Below the pieces are notes generated by a model. That model was not told the DNA's origin. It saw nothing but the letters and a program-made list of their open reading frames with translations, and made no database searches. From Guillardia theta CCMP2712 (Eukaryota; Protista; Cryptophyta), in the NCBI RefSeq assembly GCF_000315625.1, contig NW_005434624.1:513100-577099 (forward strand): a stretch of DNA of 64,000 nt, given 5' to 3'. Of this stretch, positions 12,566-28,341 are shown in pieces (within the stretch, counting starts at the first letter, position 1; each line of letters opens with the position of its first letter). The position numbers were made by a program, and so were the translations under genes.

Positions 12566-14340
12566 ATGCTGAAGGCTGAGGAGGAGGATCATGGGTGAGT
12601 GCGTTGATACTCTTGACCTTGTCTATCCAGCACGAAGTGAGTACAAGTAAGCAAGAACTGTCGAAATCCAATCATGCATGAGAGATTGGCAGGTGATAGG
12701 AAGCGCACCATGGAGTGGAAGGATGGAATTGCAGGGGCCATTTCTGGTACTCGAATGTCTGACAACATTGAATAGTATTCAGTGATTTGTTCGTACAGGA
12801 GTTGCGACTCGATGTTGTGTAGCTCCTTTGGATGTCATCAAAATCCGCTTGCAGCTACAGGTGGGACGCTATCTCAGCTGGGACCTCCTTGATTGACTTG
12901 TGCTTGTGATAGACCAATTGCCAAGGCTCTAGCAGAGATTATCGAGGGTTTCTAGGGACATTTCAGGTGATTTCGATACAGTAAAAGCCTCGAATGCTTA
13001 CAGAGTGTTGGGACAGACGATAGTTCGCAGGGAAGGAGTAAGTCAATTGCGAGACATCCGGGCGGGATGTTCACATGTGTGCAAGGTTGTTGCACTGTGG
13101 AAGGGCAATCTCGCTGCAGAGTTCCTGTGGGGAGGGTACATGGGCACACAGTTTCTGGCCTATAGAAGCTTACAGGTCAGTAGGGAGCGGCTTTATTCTA
13201 GGGCATGTGAAGAAGTTGAGTCAGAATGCTATTCATCATCATACTTTCATGCATGGAGGAGGGAGAAACAATGAACATGCATCTCAGGCACAAGATACGA
13301 GGCTGAATGATGGCAGCAAGGTATTCAGTGTTTCTGGTTCATTCAGTCTGCGCTGATGTTCCTGTCATTGCCCCTGACAAGGTTTTGCGTGATTTGATCT
13401 GCGGTGGACTTGCTGGAGGGTTTGCGACCATGACAACGTTACTTTGACTGAAGCTGTGCACACTGTCTTACTCTGTAATTAGGTACCCTTTTGATCTCGT
13501 GAGAACTCGGCTTGCAGCCCAGACAGAACCCAAGGCACATGCCTTGATGCGTTATGATTGTGCTAAGCTTTAGCAGATTTACCATGGCGTCTTGGATGCA
13601 TTTTATCGCATTTTAATCAGTGAGCGAATGCGAGGATTTTACCGGGGTAATACCTTAGCCTTGCCACTTCTGTAGTACTTTGTGACGTGTTGATGTCAGG
13701 ATTGGCTCCTAGTCTTATTCAAGTCATGCCATACATGGGGATTCAAGTGCTTCCTATCCCTAAACGTTGATTTCCTTTTCTCACTGTTGCCGGCTAGTTC
13801 TCCATCTACGAGGCTCTCAAGCGTTTCATCTCCACTCAAACCAAGGAAGGATCGCAAGGTGACACTCATGGGAGGCTCATTGGTGTCGCGAAGTTAATTT
13901 CTACTAGGATGGAAGGAGAGCATGTTCTGCGGGTATAATGCGTCGGATGTTGGCCAGCCAATGGACGCCTCACACCACACTTGCAACAGATGCGTCGCCG
14001 GGAGCATCTCGAAAATTTCTACCCTCCCTCTGGACGTTACGAAGAAACGGATGCAGGCAACAGGATCATCCCTCTCACGATAGACTCAATTGTCACAGGT
14101 CATGGGCACGACCATGCTTGCAGCTTCACAGGGTCGAAAGATATCTTCTATGCGAGAGGTTGTACGAGGTATCTTGCGCGACGAAGGATGGCAAGGGTTC
14201 TTCCGTGGTGGTCTCCCCAGGTCCTCGTGCTTGGGCTGATGTAAAGCACGTGACATGATCTTGTAAACAGCGTGATGAAAACAGCGCTATCATCGGGGTT
14301 GTCATTCGCGATCTACGAGCTCATGCTCAAGATCCTTTGA
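12566..14340 (+). CDS. Mitochondrial carrier, thiamine pyrophosphate carrier-like (SLC25A19/TPC1), multi-exon; start uncertain (12566 or 12710)
   Basis: Exons read by eye: GIAGAISG, APLDVIKIRLQLQ, LWKGNLAAEFLWGGYMGTQF, CGGLAGG, YPFDLVRTRLAAQTEP, LAPSLIQVMPYMGIQ, ILRDEGWQGFFRG, MKTALSSGLSFAIYE. Px[DE]xx[KR] signatures present. Confidence 0.85.
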
Positions 14341-14464
14341 CAAAGTTGAGGCAAGTCATCACTATAAATCCTACAGTGCTCAGAGACAACCAGGACTGCT
14401 TGTGAGCAGACGCATTTGATTAACATTAGAATCACACAAGAACGATCCCATCATGACATTCTTC

Positions 14465-14843
14465 TTAGTAAACACCGTAGCCATGCACATTGTACTGCAA
14501 ACCAAGTCAGCCTTGGCAACGAAACACGAAAGTCTACGCACATTTGGCCAGCTAGACCAGTCCACAGGAGTCCATGTCGTGTGAGCCTGTGGGTTAAAGG
14601 AGCCAGAAGAAGGGTCGGACTCATAGGGATGGATGGTCACGGCTGGATTTCCTTCGCCCTGCAGGTAGGCGCCCCAGGGCTCGTCAGCCTTGTACCAGTT
14701 GCCGCCCATTGTGGTATCGAACCTGGAGGAGGAAGTCAGCAGGAGAAGACGAGTTCCACATCATGCGCTTACATGGAGTAGGGATCGTTCCTGCCTCCGT
14801 TGGGAGATGCGTACAGCATCGCGCCTCTGAAAAACGGGAGCAT
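14465..14843 (-). CDS. Small three-exon hypothetical protein (aromatic/Pro/Gly-rich)
   Basis: MLPFFRGAMLYASPNGGRNDPYS..MGGNWYKADEPW..WSSWPNYNVHGYGVY* joined by two short GT-AG introns. Confidence 0.55.
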
Positions 14844-14919
14844 GATGGCTCTTCGTTCCGCCGAGCGAGTCCACACGCATCAAATGTATCCTTGGAGATA
14901 TCAATGTTCTGCGGCCTTG

Positions 14920-15320
14920 AGCCAGACGGCCGTCCGACCGGGTGCCGGGCCCGGCCAGATCCGCCGGTGCCACTTTTTAACTTAACTTTGAGTAAATCAG
15001 CCTTGTGACTCCGTACCCCGGTGGGCCCGGGACTACTCCCGCAGGCGGATGGAATGTAGGGTAGGGTCCTAGAACTTTGGCAGCCGTTGGAATCGGATGC
15101 GACATGCCATGATGGCGAGCGCTGAGTGTGGCACTGAAAGGATGAGGCTCAGCGGCCGCTACTTGTCGGACTCTCGGAGGCTCAGTTGATGATCGCTGCC
15201 AGTGACCCCGATACTAATCCGATCTAGAGTCTGTCTTTGCCTTGTCATAGTACGTGCGGCTTGCGGTTAGCTGACTCTTAGAACTGATCACCGTCGGTGA
15301 CGGAAGATCGGAAGATGATG
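14920..15320. other. GC-rich island with a dispersed motif copy at 14974-14996
   Basis: tttttaacttaactttgagtaaa between divergent genes. Confidence 0.7.
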
Positions 15321-15469
15321 ATCATTGTGTGAAAGTCAGGCCAGTGTGAGCCTTGAGTGCCGTGAAGACGCCCCACCGTGCAGTCCATCAAGTTCCTGGC
15401 AACCGAAACATTCTGATTTGTTCTGATTGCTTCTGATTCAGTTGTTCAACTTCGGAAGTAGTTGCGGCG

Positions 15470-16500
15470 ATGGACGTCCAAGACCGTCACTTCCCGGACA
15501 ACAGGTTTGACTATCAACACTCCGAGAATGGTGAGACCTTTTTCTTCCACGCGATCGTTTTCTTCCACACTGTCAAGTTGTGCAAACATTCAAATCTTTC
15601 AGGTGGAGGAGCAAACACTGACGTCCACCAACATGCATCATCGAATCTCTTTGCATATCTCTTGCAGTGCAGGTTGTTGCCTTGTCATCGCTTCACCCAG
15701 TGACTGCTCTGCCCCACAGGAAAAGGTCGAGCTGGACCCCGAGCTTTCTGTGGCACAAGGTTTCGGTTGAGCCATGGCAGATTCCCCTGGACAAGTCTGT
15801 GCTGGACGAGGACGAGGAGGAGAGACATCGGGTTGAACGGGAGTTCGCGCAGAAGCATCATCCCTTGGGCAAGAAGGACCATGAGGTCGCTCGGCAGAAA
15901 GTCAAGGTCCCCAGACTTGCCTTGAGCAAACTGCCTCGCAACGCGGAGTGGACTTGCAATCCTGCATCGAAGCAGATCCTTCCTCCTTACCTGACGGCGA
16001 GGAGGCGATTGGTATCTGCGAGCACCCGCCCCAGGAGTGACAGGAAGGAGGGGTGAGGCGACCAGCGACCTATCTTGAGGCATTGCCCTGAAAGATGTCT
16101 TGTTCAGTTCCATGACTGCGCGGTTCTATGAATTGTCACGGGGAGTTGATGAAGATGTGCTCGTGGACTCATCGAACTTGTCTCATCACAAGTTCCGTCC
16201 GACCGAGTAAGCCCAGTGTTGCAGGCGACGTTGGCTGATATTCTTCTTCAGCTTCGCAGGAAAAAACCTCATGATGCATGAGAGTACATGGGAGTCTGGT
16301 AGCACAAGCCAGTCCGGTGACGCGAAGGGAAGGGCGTTGAAGAGAAGCCAGAAGGTAAACCAGTCGTTCATGTCTGTGAACGAGCTTCTGACTTGATGCA
16401 AGTGTTATGAAAAGTTGATGAGGGAGCTACAGATACTTGATAACCAATGATATCAATGAATGGACTGGGACGGGACACTGCGATCCTCTGATCACTGAGG
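15470..16500 (+). CDS. Hypothetical multi-exon protein; boundaries uncertain
   Basis: Exon-like 15720-16010 (PWQIPLDKSVLDEDEEERHRVEREF..) with splice signals; no family recognised. Confidence 0.4.
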
Positions 16501-16533
16501 GCATGCTAACAATGTACATGAACATCGCAGTGA

Positions 16534-18447
16534 CTAGAGTACGGGCATCATCATTCTTCCTTGAATGACACTGCATGCATGCCCTGACACAACCAAGCTA
16601 GAAGATCCCTGCGTGTTGCTCATATTGCAGAAGAAGCAGACATGAACATTTCGCACCTCAATTCCTGCAATCATCTTTCCCCACAGCTCTCCTGTTCTCG
16701 CTGAGACTTGTGAGGAGAAGAGCTCATCCTGCGAACAAACCGTCAGATTGAGAGAGGAGGTGAGACTGAGTTGCCGCTACCTTGCCAAGCTTCTGCCTCC
16801 AGTAGGGTACAAGTGAGCACTGCGCAGAACCAGTGACAGGATCCTCGAAGATGCCCAGCTTCGGCGCAAAGAATCGGTAAACAAAGTCATAGTTTCCTGC
16901 ACGAGTAAGAAAGAAAGATTTCAGCTGGCTATTTTATGAACCATTCGCGAACCTTCTTTGCTTCCAACAGCAGTTATAATGATGGCATCGCTTGGAAGAG
17001 AGGCTTGAAGAGCATGTTTCATGGCAAACACAAATATGCTCAATGCACATACCAATGTCCGCCATGTTTGGCTTGAACTCGAGTACAGTGTCTACGCTGT
17101 TGAAGAGCGAGAGAAAGTGAGAATACAAGAAGATCCACATCAATTCAAATATGATCAAATCAATGCGATAAATTCCATTTCAACGATCAGGACAAACAGA
17201 CCAATAAACCAGAGAGGGGGTGGGGAGAGGGAGGGAGGGAGGGAGGGAGGGAGGGAGGGACAGGGAGAGCGAAATTCGACCTAGGAAACACCACAACAGC
17301 GTCTCTCAGCGGCTCTTCCCACAAAACCTGATAAGGGCTCAAAACGATGAGGAGGGAGGTAAAGGTTTACCTCAGCTATTGCAGGAACTCCTAACTTCTG
17401 CTCGAACAGCTGTTTTGAAGTCACCATGGTAGTGCACTCTATATAACGATCTTTACCTCCAAGAGATCCGGTCGTGCCTTGGGGTTGAAAACAGGGAAAA
17501 TCTTGATGAACAAGCTTAATCTTATCCTCGAGTAATCATTTCTCTACCATTTCAATTTTCCCGTCAGCACCAGTGGATACCTTGAAATTCATTAGGCATC
17601 AATATGGTCAAAGTGATTACATCTTCACCTCGAGAACACCACTTCTTGTGTGAAAGAAGATCTTCTTGACATTTGGTTGCTTGTTGAATATGCTGTGCGC
17701 TGTTGCAAGTGTCGCATGCCCGCAGATGTCAACCTGATTGAGTACCACCATCATCTTCATCAGTGTCATCATTGTCATCATCAGGATAATCGTCATCGTC
17801 TTCACCCATCGTGATCACAATCATCGTAATTTTCTTCCTCATAACCCTCGCTATCCTCGTTTCCTCCTCCTCCCTCTTCTTCTCCGCTTCCTCCTCTTAG
17901 TCATGATCGTTCACCTCAACTTTAGGGGTAAACCAGCGAAGGTCGGCGACAAGTTCACTCTCAAGTTCGCACTTCCTCCTCTTCCAGAAAGCAGTTTCCT
18001 AAAGAGAAACCAGTTCGACAAGAGTGTAACAACTTGTGTGGGACTTTACCGACAAGTTGTTTTCTTCTGCCATCATCTGTATAACATTCTTTAAACCATC
18101 GCCAACCGTAACGAAAGCAAACCTGGAGAACACGGTCGGGAGGAAACGCGTCCTCAGAGATCTCGATAACTGCAGCAGGATTGCCCTTGAAGCAAGTGCG
18201 TGTGAAGGCATCCACCTGATGGCAAGGATGGTGAGCTTGACGTCCTCGCACCCACCCGCCCTCCCGCCACGACCATTTCTGTTTTCCCTCTGAGTGTTCC
18301 CATGGATAACCAACTACATCCCTCCAGCCATGTAATAGCGCTCAGCCAGGGCCATCATGTACGCAGGGAGCTCTTTAAGAGCTCCTCTTAGCCTCTCGCT
18401 CTCTCCCTCCTCACCTGCTCCAAGCTCACTCGTCGCCCTGACTCCAT
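16534..18447 (-). CDS. PhzC/PhzF family (PBLD-like) isomerase, multi-exon
   Basis: QVDAFT..FKGNPAAV, AEENNLS, VDICGHATLATAH, FHTRSGVLEV. Confidence 0.88.
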
Positions 18448-18913
18448 AGCTATCCTCACAAGCTCGCCGCCTGTCGGGCAGCCCGGGCCCGGACTACATC
18501 CGGCGGAACTCCGAGGGTGGGGGCGCAAAGTTTAGATATGTTAAGGGTGGGTGGTTTGCTTTAAGTGAAAGAGGGGTACCTGCTGTGTATTTGCATGACC
18601 AAGAGAGTCCAAGGGGTACCAGGATCGGGTGTAAAGAGGTGGGGTCCTATCCCCTTTTCGAGGCATGGTTTCATGGGGTAGGGTGGGAGAGAATGCTGTT
18701 GGACCCCTGAAGCCCCAACGAAGTGTTAAGGGTGTGACGTGTAGTTTGATTGGGAGGGGTACGGTGTTTTGTGTAGGGGTGTCTCAATATTCAAAACAGT
18801 TTGAAAGAGAGGGTGGGTGGGAAGGCGTATGGAGTGTTCGAAGATGGTGGGGGTGGGGGTTCATAGGTTATAAGGCGGATCCCGTAGAAGGTTCCTCGGA
18901 AGTGGCCGCGGCA

Positions 18914-20163
18914 ATGGCAGCTAAGGTGAGGTTGAGCTATTAATGCGACAAATATGTCCCTACATTATCACTCCTGGCCGTGTAGAGAGCAATCTTGATG
19001 TTTTATATGCCACTCCTTCATCATCTCGCGAACATGCTTCTCATCGAACAGGATACTATGTGGCACTTGAAATTGTTTCAAGATGTGATTTAGCAAAATA
19101 TTGTTGGAGAGAAATGTCTGGCCCTGACGCAGATTTTCTTCTTCAGATCTTCTCGCTCGCTCTTTTGGTTGTGTCTACTCAGGCTTATGCACCCACCTTC
19201 ATGGGTACCAGGCTTCCGCTTCGCAAGGTGATGTGGTACGAAAATCCTATAGCATGGCTGAAATCACGAAAACTAGGCAAGCAATGCTGCTTCCTTGTCG
19301 ATGAAGATTGAGCTTGCTCCTCTTCCTTACGACTACACTGCTCTTGAGCCCAAGATCGGCAAGCGCACCCTGGAGATCCACCATGACAAGCATCACGCCA
19401 AGTATGTCAACGTGGCAAACCAGATGATCGAGGGAACCGACATGGAGAAGGATGACTGCGCCACCATCGTCATGAAGTCCCACAAGGCCGGCAACCAGGG
19501 CCTCTTCAACAACGCTGCTCAGGTATTTCTCAATCAATCCTGATAGCTACCGTCCATGATTCGCGATGCCTCCTAGGCCTGGAACCACGATTTCTACTGG
19601 AAGTGCATGAAGCCAGGAGGCGGCGGCAAGCCAACTGGTGCCATCGCTGATCAGATCAACAAGGACTTTGGCTCTTATGACGAGTTCAAGAAGCAGGTAA
19701 ATTTAGAGAGTTGCCGTTATCAACTACTTTGCCTCGTTGATGCGTGTTTTGTCTCCTTGCAGTTCGAGGTCGCCGGAAACACCGCTTTTGGATCTGGATG
19801 GGCTTGGCTCTCGTGGGATGGATCTAAGCTCGTAAGAGTGTCCGTGTTGATAAGACCAACGCTGAATGAGGTTTTCAGGTTGTTGACAAGACCATCGGAG
19901 CGGGCAACCCCATCACTGATGTACTGAAGGAGTTGGTTTGTATTCGAACTGATCCAAATGCAGGGAAAGAAGCCTCTCCTTACCATGGATGTGTGGGAGC
20001 ATGCTTACTACTTGGACTACCAGAACATGCGGTATTCAATCTCGAATTATGTGATGTTGTCTGGAGTCTCATTTCGGTATGCAGCGCTACCTATTGCACC
20101 GATTTCCTTGACAGCCTGGTCAACTGGGACTTCGTCAACCAGAACTTTGCTAGTGCCAAGTAA
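18914..20163 (+). CDS. sodB: Iron superoxide dismutase, probably plastid-targeted
   Basis: [35 protein letters not shown] (Fe-type Gln), [21 protein letters not shown]. Presequence: signal peptide then TQA-YAP. Confidence 0.93.
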
Positions 20164-20209
20164 ATGTTATTGTTCAAGTAAACACGTTGCAATCATAGAA
20201 ACATTCTTG

Positions 20210-20490
20210 ACTCCCCGAGGCGGCACTTCGGAAATTCCGAAGTTCCCGGCTGCGGCCGGCCGCCTTTGGCCGCCGGTCCCGGTGGCTCGACCGGGGCGGG
20301 GCTGGGCCGCCGCTCGGGCCCCCGAGAGGTTGCCGTCACCTAGTCACCGGGGGCACCCGCCGCCGGCCCGCCTCCCGGAATGCCCCGGGCCGCGCCCGGC
20401 CGGGGCCGCGCGGCCTGCCTGCCCGGGCCGGCCGCCACTTTCCGAAGTTCAATCCGACGGCGATGTCCGATGATCGATACTGAGGCGGTG
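20210..20490. other. GC/CpG-rich island with TTCCGAAGTT words and a palindrome
   Basis: acttcggaa-a-ttccgaagt at 20225-20243; actttccgaagttcaa at 20437-20452. Confidence 0.7.
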
Positions 20491-21135
20491 ACCACAACAA
20501 TGGATGACCAGAGTAGCCGCGGATCATGGCTGCATGAGTTGAGGGCGGGCTCCTGCAGCCAGGTGTCCCTACATAGAGTTGCGAGGGATGTAAGGAGAAG
20601 GAGGAACGATGAGGGCAGAGGATGCAGAGCAGCAGAGAGCGGGAAGGGAGAGATGAGTGTGGATAGGGGGTCGTTGAGATGTTGATGAAGGGGAAGCGGA
20701 AGAATGGTGATGAAAGGGACCGAGGCGGAAGGGCTGGAAGTGAGGGCAAAGAAAGGGGAGATGCAACCTGAAGATGAATTAATACATGCAAGGGGGGATG
20801 ATAGCAATAGACGTAGACTAGAGAAGGGTTGGGACAAGAAGCCAAGGGAGGAAGAAGGCTGAATCAGAAGGAAAGGGCAAAAAGTTGAACGAGATAGGCA
20901 ATGATGGTCTCAATTCCTTGGGAGCTTAGCAGAGGCATCGTTTGAGACGTTTAGTTTGGAATGAGGGGGGCAAAGATGTCGTTGACTTCGATCAAATCTT
21001 AAATCCACATGGACTCCTGTAGTCTTGCTATAGAGATCAGAGATGTTCGGGCGCCCTCGCATGGTGTAGCATGTTGGAGTTTGCTGTTTGTAATGGCCAG
21101 CATCAGCGTCGCTGACTCGTAAGACTATCAGAGCC

Positions 21136-23641
21136 ATGGCAGGCATACTTCCAAGGGAGCCTCCTGTTCCTACGGACAATGACCCGATCGCATTGCTAAG
21201 AGTTCCATGCAACGTGACCAAGGTACCCAGGGAGCGCCGTTGCTATCCGGGGAGTGACTGCAGTCCTTTACAGGTAGCGGTTGCAGGAAACAGGAGAACG
21301 AAACGAGCGCTGATCGAGGCCGAGCTATCTTCCTCCTTGCGATCCAAGAACCATGAGGAGCTCGCCGTTAGAGCTTCTTGGTGCTGTTGACCCTCCTCAC
21401 CCTGATCGTCTAGGTCGAGCTTGCGCTGGCCAGTCAAAGGCTGGAGGACCTTGACATCTTCAAGAAGGTTGCTTGCGAGGTTCGAGCGCTTCTCGTGCTA
21501 GTTGTATGTGTGACGAAGAGCCCAGGTTGACATCGACCCTGAAGGGGAGAAGGACGCCGTCATGGTCAGCGTCAAGGTATCGCCAGCAGACCCGGTCAGG
21601 GGCATCCAGCTCACTTGCTCGTCCAGCTGCAGGAGAAAGGAACACACACCCTATCCACCGGCACCTACATGCAAGGAGGTGAATGCCGTGCGATCGAGTC
21701 CTGACCATGACGACGGAGGTCGACAGGGGAGGGGAACGTTGAAGTCTCTTGGACCATGAGGAACATGTTGGGCAATGCAGAGAAGGTTCAGAGCAACCTT
21801 TCTGTCGGTCACAAGACGAGCAACAGCTTCCGGTGAGGAGGAGTCCCATGAACATTCTCTGCTGCTCCTTGTTGTCGCCTCCCTGCGCACCGGTCGCAGA
21901 ATCTTGTCTGAGGTTGTTTTAGGCTCGAGGGTTCGCAGCCCTTGTTCTTTGGGAGCTCTGTGAAGATGAACGGAAGTATCTTCCAATCTGTTGCAAACCT
22001 GGTCAAGCACAGCTCATTTACGTGAGTGAGAGATGTGGGGGAAGGGATAGCGGGATTACTCCTCTCCCTCCCTCTACCGTTATCCCCTCACCCCTTTTCC
22101 TTCTTGCTCATCGGCATCCTTGTTCTCTTCTTCTTGCTTCTCCTTCTCCTCATGGCTTCCCATGCAGAGAGCGTCAGAGGGGCATCAGTTTCGGACTAGC
22201 TTCGATCCCTGACGGCGATGGGGAGCATGAAGTGACTGTTTCTCTGCTCCCGATCGTCATTCATCACGCCAGCAGATCTCGTACGAGGGAGCTTGGAGAA
22301 CGGTCAAGTTTGAGAAGGGATCGCTAGTCTGCGATCCAAGCGAGGGAGGAGACTCGTTCAAGTCCTCCATCCGGTGAGGTCCTGAAGAGGGTGAGAAGGG
22401 TGAAATGGACGAAGGGAGGAGTGACAGTCGGGGAGGAGTGAGTAGGAGTTGTCTGTATGAGTTAGAGCAGAGGTTGACGTAGCAGGATGAGGAGAGGGGA
22501 TGGAGGGTAGGGAGGTAAAGGGGGAGGAGTAGGAAGAGGAGGAAGAGGTGAGTAGTTGTGGAAAAATAAGAAGATGGAGTGTTGGTAGTCATAGCTGAAA
22601 TACCGAGGAGGGTGCGAGGTTAAGGAAGAGCTTGATCTGAACGTTTTTCCAGGCACGTGTTCAACCATGACACAAGGGATGACACCAGGGTCCCATCAAG
22701 CGGTTTTCTGTTCCGTAGCACGTGCGAGGAGCAACATTGCTGTGCTCCTTGGGTGAACCTGAGGCAGGGCCGAGCTGGCCGGGATCGGAGGAGACGTCAA
22801 GTTCCTCAAGAATGTTGTTGACGTGCAGGCAAGAGATCGGGATTACAAGATGAGATGATATTTCTGATTGTTTCTGTACCTTCAGGCACACATTCCCACT
22901 GACCTTGGGGTCATCGTCTCCCTTGTGGGGTCTGTCGGCCTCTTGCAGGTCCTCATGTTCACCGTTGAAGCCTTGCTCCCTCCTCCTCCTCGGCCTCCTC
23001 GTTATCTCTCTACATCTTCCCTCCTACCTCCGCTTCCTCCTCCTTTCTTGATCTCTTTCCTCCTGGTTCCTCCTCCTCCTTCTCTCCTTACCTTTATCTC
23101 TTTCCAACTCTTCCCTCGTTGCCTCTACCCATCACCATCTCTTGTCCTTCTGGTTCACTTGCCCTTCTTTGTGTCGTCCCCAACTCTTCTCTTCCTCCTC
23201 TTGACTATCGCTTCCTATCCGTTCAGTCACTTGGAGGGACCTCCTCCCGTATCAACGATCGGTACTCTCTCCTCTCCTCGTTGCTCTCTTGACTGTTGCA
23301 GCTTCTTTGTTGGAGGCCCCCTCATGGTCCGAGGTTTTCGCACTAAAGGACTAGGCCCGAGAGCCTTGGGCTCCTCCTCCTCCTCCAGCGCTAAGGTTTG
23401 TTTCCTCCCTTCCTACCTGCTGTCCTTGCTCGACCCCTGATTCTCATACCTTGGGCATTCTTCGCTTTCCCTGCTGTTGCTCCCCCATCCTGCCCACCTC
23501 CTTTCCTCTCCTTCCTCCCATCTCCGCCTCCTATCCTTGTCAAGCAGAATCACACACGCTCTATCAGGGAGGGGATGCGTACTTCGCTGCCACAGGAGCC
23601 ATCACATTTGACCTCCCCTCTCGTCTCATGCAGGTCCTCAG

Positions 23642-23676
<35 letters not shown>

Positions 23677-24542
23677 CTGCTTCTGAGTGAAAGAAGATGA
23701 CGTTAATCTGTTTCAGGCTCTTGGCGTTCGCGGTCATGTCTTCTGCAGTACTGGAAACAACGTTGCGGTACTTCTCTTTCTACCCCACTTATCAGTCTTT
23801 CAATTTCCTATCATGTTTTGCCCCATACTTAAATTTTCCTTCTTACACTTTCCCCCCTGGTTCTATTTGCCCTGAGTCTTTTGCTACTTTCTTTTTATCA
23901 TTGTCTCAACAGGTTGGAGGAGGACGGTCAGTCTACAAGCAGATTCCTTCCATGATCTCAGGGTCCGTGCAGCCATGCACCTCTCCTCTCCTCTCCTCTC
24001 CTCTCCTCTCCTCTTCTCGCCTCTTCCTTTTCTTGTTCCTTCTCCTCCCTCTCCTGGGCCCCTCCCCTGTCCTCTTCTCTCCTGTCCTCTCCGCCCTCGT
24101 CCTCTTACACTGGCGCAGCTACCGAGCCGTCGCAGGTGCAGGGCTCATCATCCCCATGCAGGTTGTCTACCCTCAAGGACTTCTACTGCTTTCACTTCTC
24201 TGCTCCTTGTCCTTCCCTCCTCCTTCCCTCCTTCTGCCCGTCCTGCTCATCGTTGTCCTTCCCTTGTCCTGCCCGTCCTGCCCGTCCTGCGAATCTTACT
24301 CCTGCCTGCGTTTCTCTTTCCTTTTTCTTGCTCCTCTTCCTAACGCTATGTTCTCATTTTCTCCTCTTCCTTCCCCAGCCTGAGGTTTTTGTTGCAGATA
24401 GGGCGGCTGGAGCTGAATTACTGCCGTCCTCTCCGTACGTTCCCTCAGCTGGTACTCAGCTGCTGGTCGCTTCCCTCAGCTGAGAGACATGCAGGGCGAC
24501 AGACTTGCAAGATGGCAGATCGCTCTCGGGCTAGAGTACTGA
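21136..24542 (+). CDS. SAM50: SAM50/Tob55 mitochondrial outer-membrane Omp85-family beta-barrel, multi-exon
   Basis: POTRA-like VAGNRRTKRALIE, HDTRDD..VPSSG, FFVGGPLMVRGFRTKGLGPR, GGDAYFAA, GAGLIIPMQIGRLELNYCRPL, C-terminal beta-signal WQIALGLEY. Confidence 0.87.
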
Positions 24543-24782
24543 GAAAGGACGGAGAGCGGAGGGGCAGAAGGAGGAAGGCGAGTAGAGGAGGAGGGCGGCG
24601 ATCGGAAGATCAACAGGATTTTGTGAGGAGAGAGACGAGATTGGGTGAGCAAGAGTGAAGGGAGGAGGAGCGGAATGACAGGATAGTGGCACTGGGAGAG
24701 AGGAGAGAGAGGAGGGAGAGGGGAGGAGGAGGAGGAGGAGGAGGAGGAGAAGAACGTTTACAAGCATGAACCTTGCGAGTTG

Positions 24783-27124
<2,342 letters not shown>

Positions 27125-28341
27125 CGTCAGACAGGAGGCTCAGGAGACGCTGGCAAGCTCACAGAAGAAAGATGATGTCCGTCAACGACGCTGTCTCGAG
27201 GCTCTCCTTCTCCCTATTCCGTAAGGGACACGAGCGGAAATTAACGCACGTCCCCCCTGCTGCCTGGTAGAGCGTCAGGCAAACAAGTCTCGTCGTCTGC
27301 ATGGACTTCGTTTCCAACCTTGCAGAAGAAGTCGCAAGACTGGCACCTCACATCGATTACCGTCTGCATCTTGCGAGCGCAGCCTGTTCATCGCATGATG
27401 AGAGGGGTTATCATCTGAGAACGACCCGATGCTTCTAGAGCTACTTGATGACAAATAGTACTTTTGCTCCCATCTCTCCCCCTGTTTGAACCATCGGCTT
27501 TGAATCACCCAGCAGAAGTACAATGAGGGTAGGAAATGGAGGCGAGAGTAGCAATCATACTCTTCACAGCACATCAATCAGCACAATCTCAACCAGGAGA
27601 CCAGCGAGCCTTCTGATTATGTTCATGTGAGCGCGTGTTAGTCTATCGTCCTCGCCATCCTCCTCCTCTCCCCGCCTGTCGCTACTTGCTCTCATCGGGG
27701 AGCCGCATGCGCCTTGGCGACACCCTTTTCCTCATCCCCGCTCTGATCATGCCAGTTTAGTCAGCAGTTTTAGTTAGTGGCTGACTGTTTAGTTCAAGAA
27801 AGTTTAGTCATAGTTTAGTCACGATTGATTAAACAATGACTAGCTCATAGCCCATCCTTTTTCTACCATCCCCCCACCCCTTAATTTCTCAGAAATAATA
27901 CCCCTCCTTTTCCACTTATTTGGTTCATTTGACTACCCCTGAAATTCATACGGAAACAACCCCTGGAGCCTTGTTTGCAGCACGAACCGATGCGTTCCTC
28001 GCGTTCCGACACAAGGAAAAGGGACGATCCTTTGCTGCTTGCCTCTGAACTCCCCCACCTCCCCCCCCCTCCTCATCCCCGACGCATCCCCCTCCACTCC
28101 TGAGACATTCTTTGACTCTCTCCATCCCCGACCCTCCCTGCCTTGTTCTCAACTTCGTCACACCCGGGCATTAGTTGGAGAGTCCTGTGGTGCACAACAC
28201 ACTTCCAGTTTTTTCATCCTTCTCCTACTCCCTGCCAACTTGATGCCGGTGGTGGCATCTGCGTTCACTTGCGTTACAGGACAGTAAAATAAACTCAGCA
28301 GAATAAGCTTCCTTCATCAATTCTCCAACTAGAAGGTGACA

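Noticed and set aside
11806-12671. Ala/Arg/Gly/Pro-rich ORFs across the GC islands (also 20336-20845, 29161-29670)
   Set aside because: Stop-poor by-product of extreme GC content; open in several frames with no domain signal.
22868-24483. Long Leu/Pro/Ser-rich ORFs (also 46522-47073, 48754-49342, 53235-53689)
   Set aside because: Translations of low-complexity pyrimidine/purine introns, or run-through from short real exons.
27275-27750. Possible small genes here and at 20463-20600 and 58268-58730
   Set aside because: Splice-like signals exist, but I could not assemble a consistent frame or recognise a product.
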